From Microcoleus sp. (GTDB lineage Bacteria; Cyanobacteriota; Cyanobacteriia; Cyanobacteriales; Microcoleaceae), in contig CP181291.1 in assembly GCA_052279835.1 (NCBI GenBank), positions 544,001 to 608,000 of the forward strand: 64,000 nt of DNA. Reading direction: 5' to 3'. The position numbers and the translations under genes are program-made. The stretch's first letter is position 1; each line of letters begins with the position of its first letter. Under the pieces are notes generated by a model. It saw only the letters and a program-made list of their open reading frames with translations. It did no database searches and was not told the DNA's origin. Below, one piece after another: positions 61,329 to 64,000 of this stretch.

Positions 61329-62813
61329 ATGTCTACTTGTAAATATAACCTCTATCTTCGTGCTGATGAATTTATGTTGAATACGTCCTGCATCGAAATA
61401 CCAGCCCCACTCATGCAAGATAATTCTAGAGCAGAGTTCCGTTTGGAATCAACTCTTCAAGAATTGTCACTTTATGATTTTCAGGTAGAAGCTACAGATT
61501 TGGGAAGTAAAATTGCTCAGATGTTGGAGGCTTATCCCCTGCTTCCAGGAGTCATTTTAACCGATATGGGTCTATTTGCCGGCATGATTTCCCGCCGGAG
61601 ATTTTTGGAATTTATCAGCCGTCCCTTTGGGCGAGAATTATTTTTAAAGCGACCTGTCAGGGCCTTGTACCGATTTGCAGAAACAGAAACTTTAATTTTT
61701 TCTAGCGATACTTTAATAGTTGATGCAGCGAGAAAGTCCCTACAGCGATCGCAAGAGCTCCTTTATGAACCCATCGTAGTTCAAACATCGCCTCAAACTT
61801 ATTGTTTACTCGACGTCCACGAATTGCTAGTAGCCCAATCCAACATTCACGAACTAGCAACAAAATTGCTGCGACAACAAACACAAGCCCAATTAATTCA
61901 AACTGAAAAACTAGCCAGTTTAGGACAAATGGTGGCTGGAGTCGCCCACGAAATTAGAAATCCTGTCACTTGCATCACGGGAAATCTCGAATTTTTGTCA
62001 AAATACTCCCAAGACCTGATGGATTTGCTGTCGGCTTATGAAAAGATTGTCGGCACCAACGAAGAAATTGAGGAGATCAAAGAACGCATAGAATTTGATT
62101 TTTTAGAAGAAGATTGGGCGGAAATTCTCAAAAGTATGAAAGTTTCTGCACAGAGATTGACCGAACTTGTCACCAGTCTCCACACCTTCTCTCATATGGA
62201 TGAAACTCACCGCAAAGAAGCTAATCTCCATGAATGTATTGACAGCACACTACTAATTATGAAAAACCGTCTTAAGTACGGGATTAAAGTAGTTAAAAAT
62301 TATGGAAAATTGCCCTTAGTCAGGTGCTATTCGGGTCAGTTGAGCCAGGTATTTATGAATATCATCAGTAACGCGACAGATGCTTTGGAAGAACTCAAAG
62401 GAAAAACAGGTTTTGTACCTGCTATTACTATTGAAACTGAGCTCATAGAAAGTTCTGAGACCAACTACATGAGTGCGGAATTAATTCAAAATTATGTGAA
62501 AGGCGATCGGGAAAATTCCCCACACCTATCTTTAGTAAGTCTCAACGGTCAACCGAACTCAGAAGCAGTGGAAAAAAATCAAAATGCTGGTTGGATAGCG
62601 ATCAGAATAGCAGATAACGGGCCTGGTATTCCGCCAGAAATTCAGCGACGAATTTTTGATACATTTTTTACTACAAAACCAGCCGGAAAAGGTACGGGAT
62701 TAGGATTGGCAATTACTCACCAAATTGTAACAGAGAAGCACCAAGGTAAGTTGAATTTGCATTCTACTCCCGGTACTGGTACAGAGTTTGAGATTTTGTT
62801 ACCAATTATTTGA
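61329..62813 (+). CDS. Soluble histidine kinase with CBS-like N-terminus (third paralog; start may be 61374 or later)
   Basis: LESTL..L.LY, PLLPGVIL, GMISRR, GVAHEIRNP, DNGPG, FFTTKPAGKGTGLGL. Confidence 0.9.
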   Translation: MSTCKYNLYLRADEFMLNTSCIEIPAPLMQDNSRAEFRLESTLQELSLYDFQVEATDLGSKIAQMLEAYPLLPGVILTDMGLFAGMISRRRFLEFISRPFGRELFLKRPVRALYRFAETETLIFSSDTLIVDAARKSLQRSQELLYEPIVVQTSPQTYCLLDVHELLVAQSNIHELATKLLRQQTQAQLIQTEKLASLGQMVAGVAHEIRNPVTCITGNLEFLSKYSQDLMDLLSAYEKIVGTNEEIEEIKERIEFDFLEEDWAEILKSMKVSAQRLTELVTSLHTFSHMDETHRKEANLHECIDSTLLIMKNRLKYGIKVVKNYGKLPLVRCYSGQLSQVFMNIISNATDALEELKGKTGFVPAITIETELIESSETNYMSAELIQNYVKGDRENSPHLSLVSLNGQPNSEAVEKNQNAGWIAIRIADNGPGIPPEIQRRIFDTFFTTKPAGKGTGLGLAITHQIVTEKHQGKLNLHSTPGTGTEFEILLPII

Positions 62814-62859
62814 AGCAAAAAGTCAGTGGTTATAGGTGGCAAATTACTAACGACTAATG

Positions 62860-63160
62860 ATATCAAATCCGGCAGCATCTGAATTATTAAAATCTCTATT
62901 TTCTCCCTCTGTGTCCTCTGTGTTCTAGGTCCGGTTAAATCACCTGACGATGCAACCAGAAACGATAGGACTGCTGACTAATGAGGACTTACGCATGGGG
63001 GGTCAAAAACCCGGTTTCTGCGTGAATATTTGTCGAAAAAATCGACGTTTTTTGGAAGAAACCGGGTTTTTTGCGTCCAGGACTACTAATAGACATCTCC
63101 TAAAAAGATAGTCAACAACAGGCAGGATGCCTGTTCCACAGGAATTATGGGAGATGTCTA
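62860..63160. mobile_element. Cluster of three miniature elements between convergent genes
   Basis: Family B 62860-62968; GGACTTACGCA..AAAAACCCGGTTTCT/AGAAACCGGGTTTTT element ~62984-63076; family C TAGACATCTCC/GGAGATGTCTA 63090-63160. Confidence 0.75.
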
Positions 63161-63170
63161 ATGACTCTTT

Positions 63171-64000
63171 TTAAGCTCTTAGCTGAACAGGCATTACCAA
63201 GAAAGTAGCATTGACTCCGCCCAAAGGCTGAAAAATTACGGGGGCCAAAGCACCATTTAATTGCAGTTGAATTTCTGGGGATTGAGCCGTTTTCAAAATG
63301 TCAATTAAATACTTGACATTGAACGCGATATCTATGCTGTCTCCCGAAATTTGCGCGGGCATTGACTCTTTGCCACTACCGACATCTTTAGCATCTACCG
63401 ACAAAGTGATTTCCTGATTCACCGAGTCGATACTGCATTTGAGAATATTATTTTTTTGGTCTGCAAAAACAGCTATTCTTTCTACTGCGGATAAGAAAGC
63501 TCGCCTATCCATTGTAATTTGCCTCTCAAAGGAAGGCGGAATTAACTGGCGATAGGCTGGATACTGCCCTTCCAAGGTGCGAGTTGTCAACCGTTGGTCT
63601 GCCCATTCAAACACAACTTGACCGTGTTCAAAATGCAGGGTGACAGGTTCAGTCCACTGTCGCATGACTAGCATTCTTTCTACTTCCCGCAAGGCCTTAG
63701 CTGGAACTGTCACCTCAAATTCTTTTTCTGCTTCTTCCCCTTCGGGTTTTTCATTGGCAGTTTGAACTACTGCTAATCTGTGGCCGTCTGTAGCTGCAAA
63801 TTCTAGACAATCTTTTAGTACCTTTAAATGCACCCCTGCCAGTACCTGTTTTGCTTCGTCGGGGCTAGTAGCAAACAAAGTTCCTTTGAGTCCTTCAATT
63901 AAAGCTTCTGGGGGCAAATGGAGGATTGTGCCTCCTTCAATGGCGGGCAATTCTGGGAATTCTTCTGGGCCCATCCCTCTGACTTGGTAGCTGCCAGAAC
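63171..64000 (-). CDS. dnaN: DNA polymerase III beta clamp (5' part outside the window)
   Basis: EEFPELP, ATDGHRL, LEGQYP.Y..LIP, FN.KYL.D, LVMPV; frame open to the window end. Confidence 0.96.
   Translation of the reverse strand, partial: SGSYQVRGMGPEEFPELPAIEGGTILHLPPEALIEGLKGTLFATSPDEAKQVLAGVHLKVLKDCLEFAATDGHRLAVVQTANEKPEGEEAEKEFEVTVPAKALREVERMLVMRQWTEPVTLHFEHGQVVFEWADQRLTTRTLEGQYPAYRQLIPPSFERQITMDRRAFLSAVERIAVFADQKNNILKCSIDSVNQEITLSVDAKDVGSGKESMPAQISGDSIDIAFNVKYLIDILKTAQSPEIQLQLNGALAPVIFQPLGGVNATFLVMPVQLRA

Overview
Chromosomal segment of a filamentous cyanobacterium (abundant HIP1 GCGATCGC; ndhM, ftrC and sbtA/sbtB-like genes; repeat landscape suggests an Oscillatoriales genome such as Microcoleus, which is inference). 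The first ~9 kb is accessory. It holds a pPIWI-RE three-gene island (REase, DinG-like helicase, pPIWI-RE cut by the window edge). Divergent from it is a unit with a palindrome-flanked TATAAT promoter, two non-canonical tRNA genes (anticodons ATC and TGC, both with C33), a Zn-finger SDR and an RNI-type LRR protein. The rest mixes housekeeping genes (rpe, speB, ftrC, dxr, gap1, ndhM, dnaN) with notable modules: a two-component system whose two divergent neighbours share a palindromic box; an RTX gene followed by TPR-GT61, TPR-methyltransferase-GT61 and TPR-sulfotransferase genes; three paralogous histidine kinases with CBS-like N-termini, one with a degenerate ATP lid; a TerD-pentapeptide fusion; and a tnpB 3' remnant with its element end. 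Several MITE and small-repeat families are present, some in frame inside genes or overlapping start and stop codons. No CRISPR array or rRNA was seen. Family assignments come from motif recognition by eye, not database searches.
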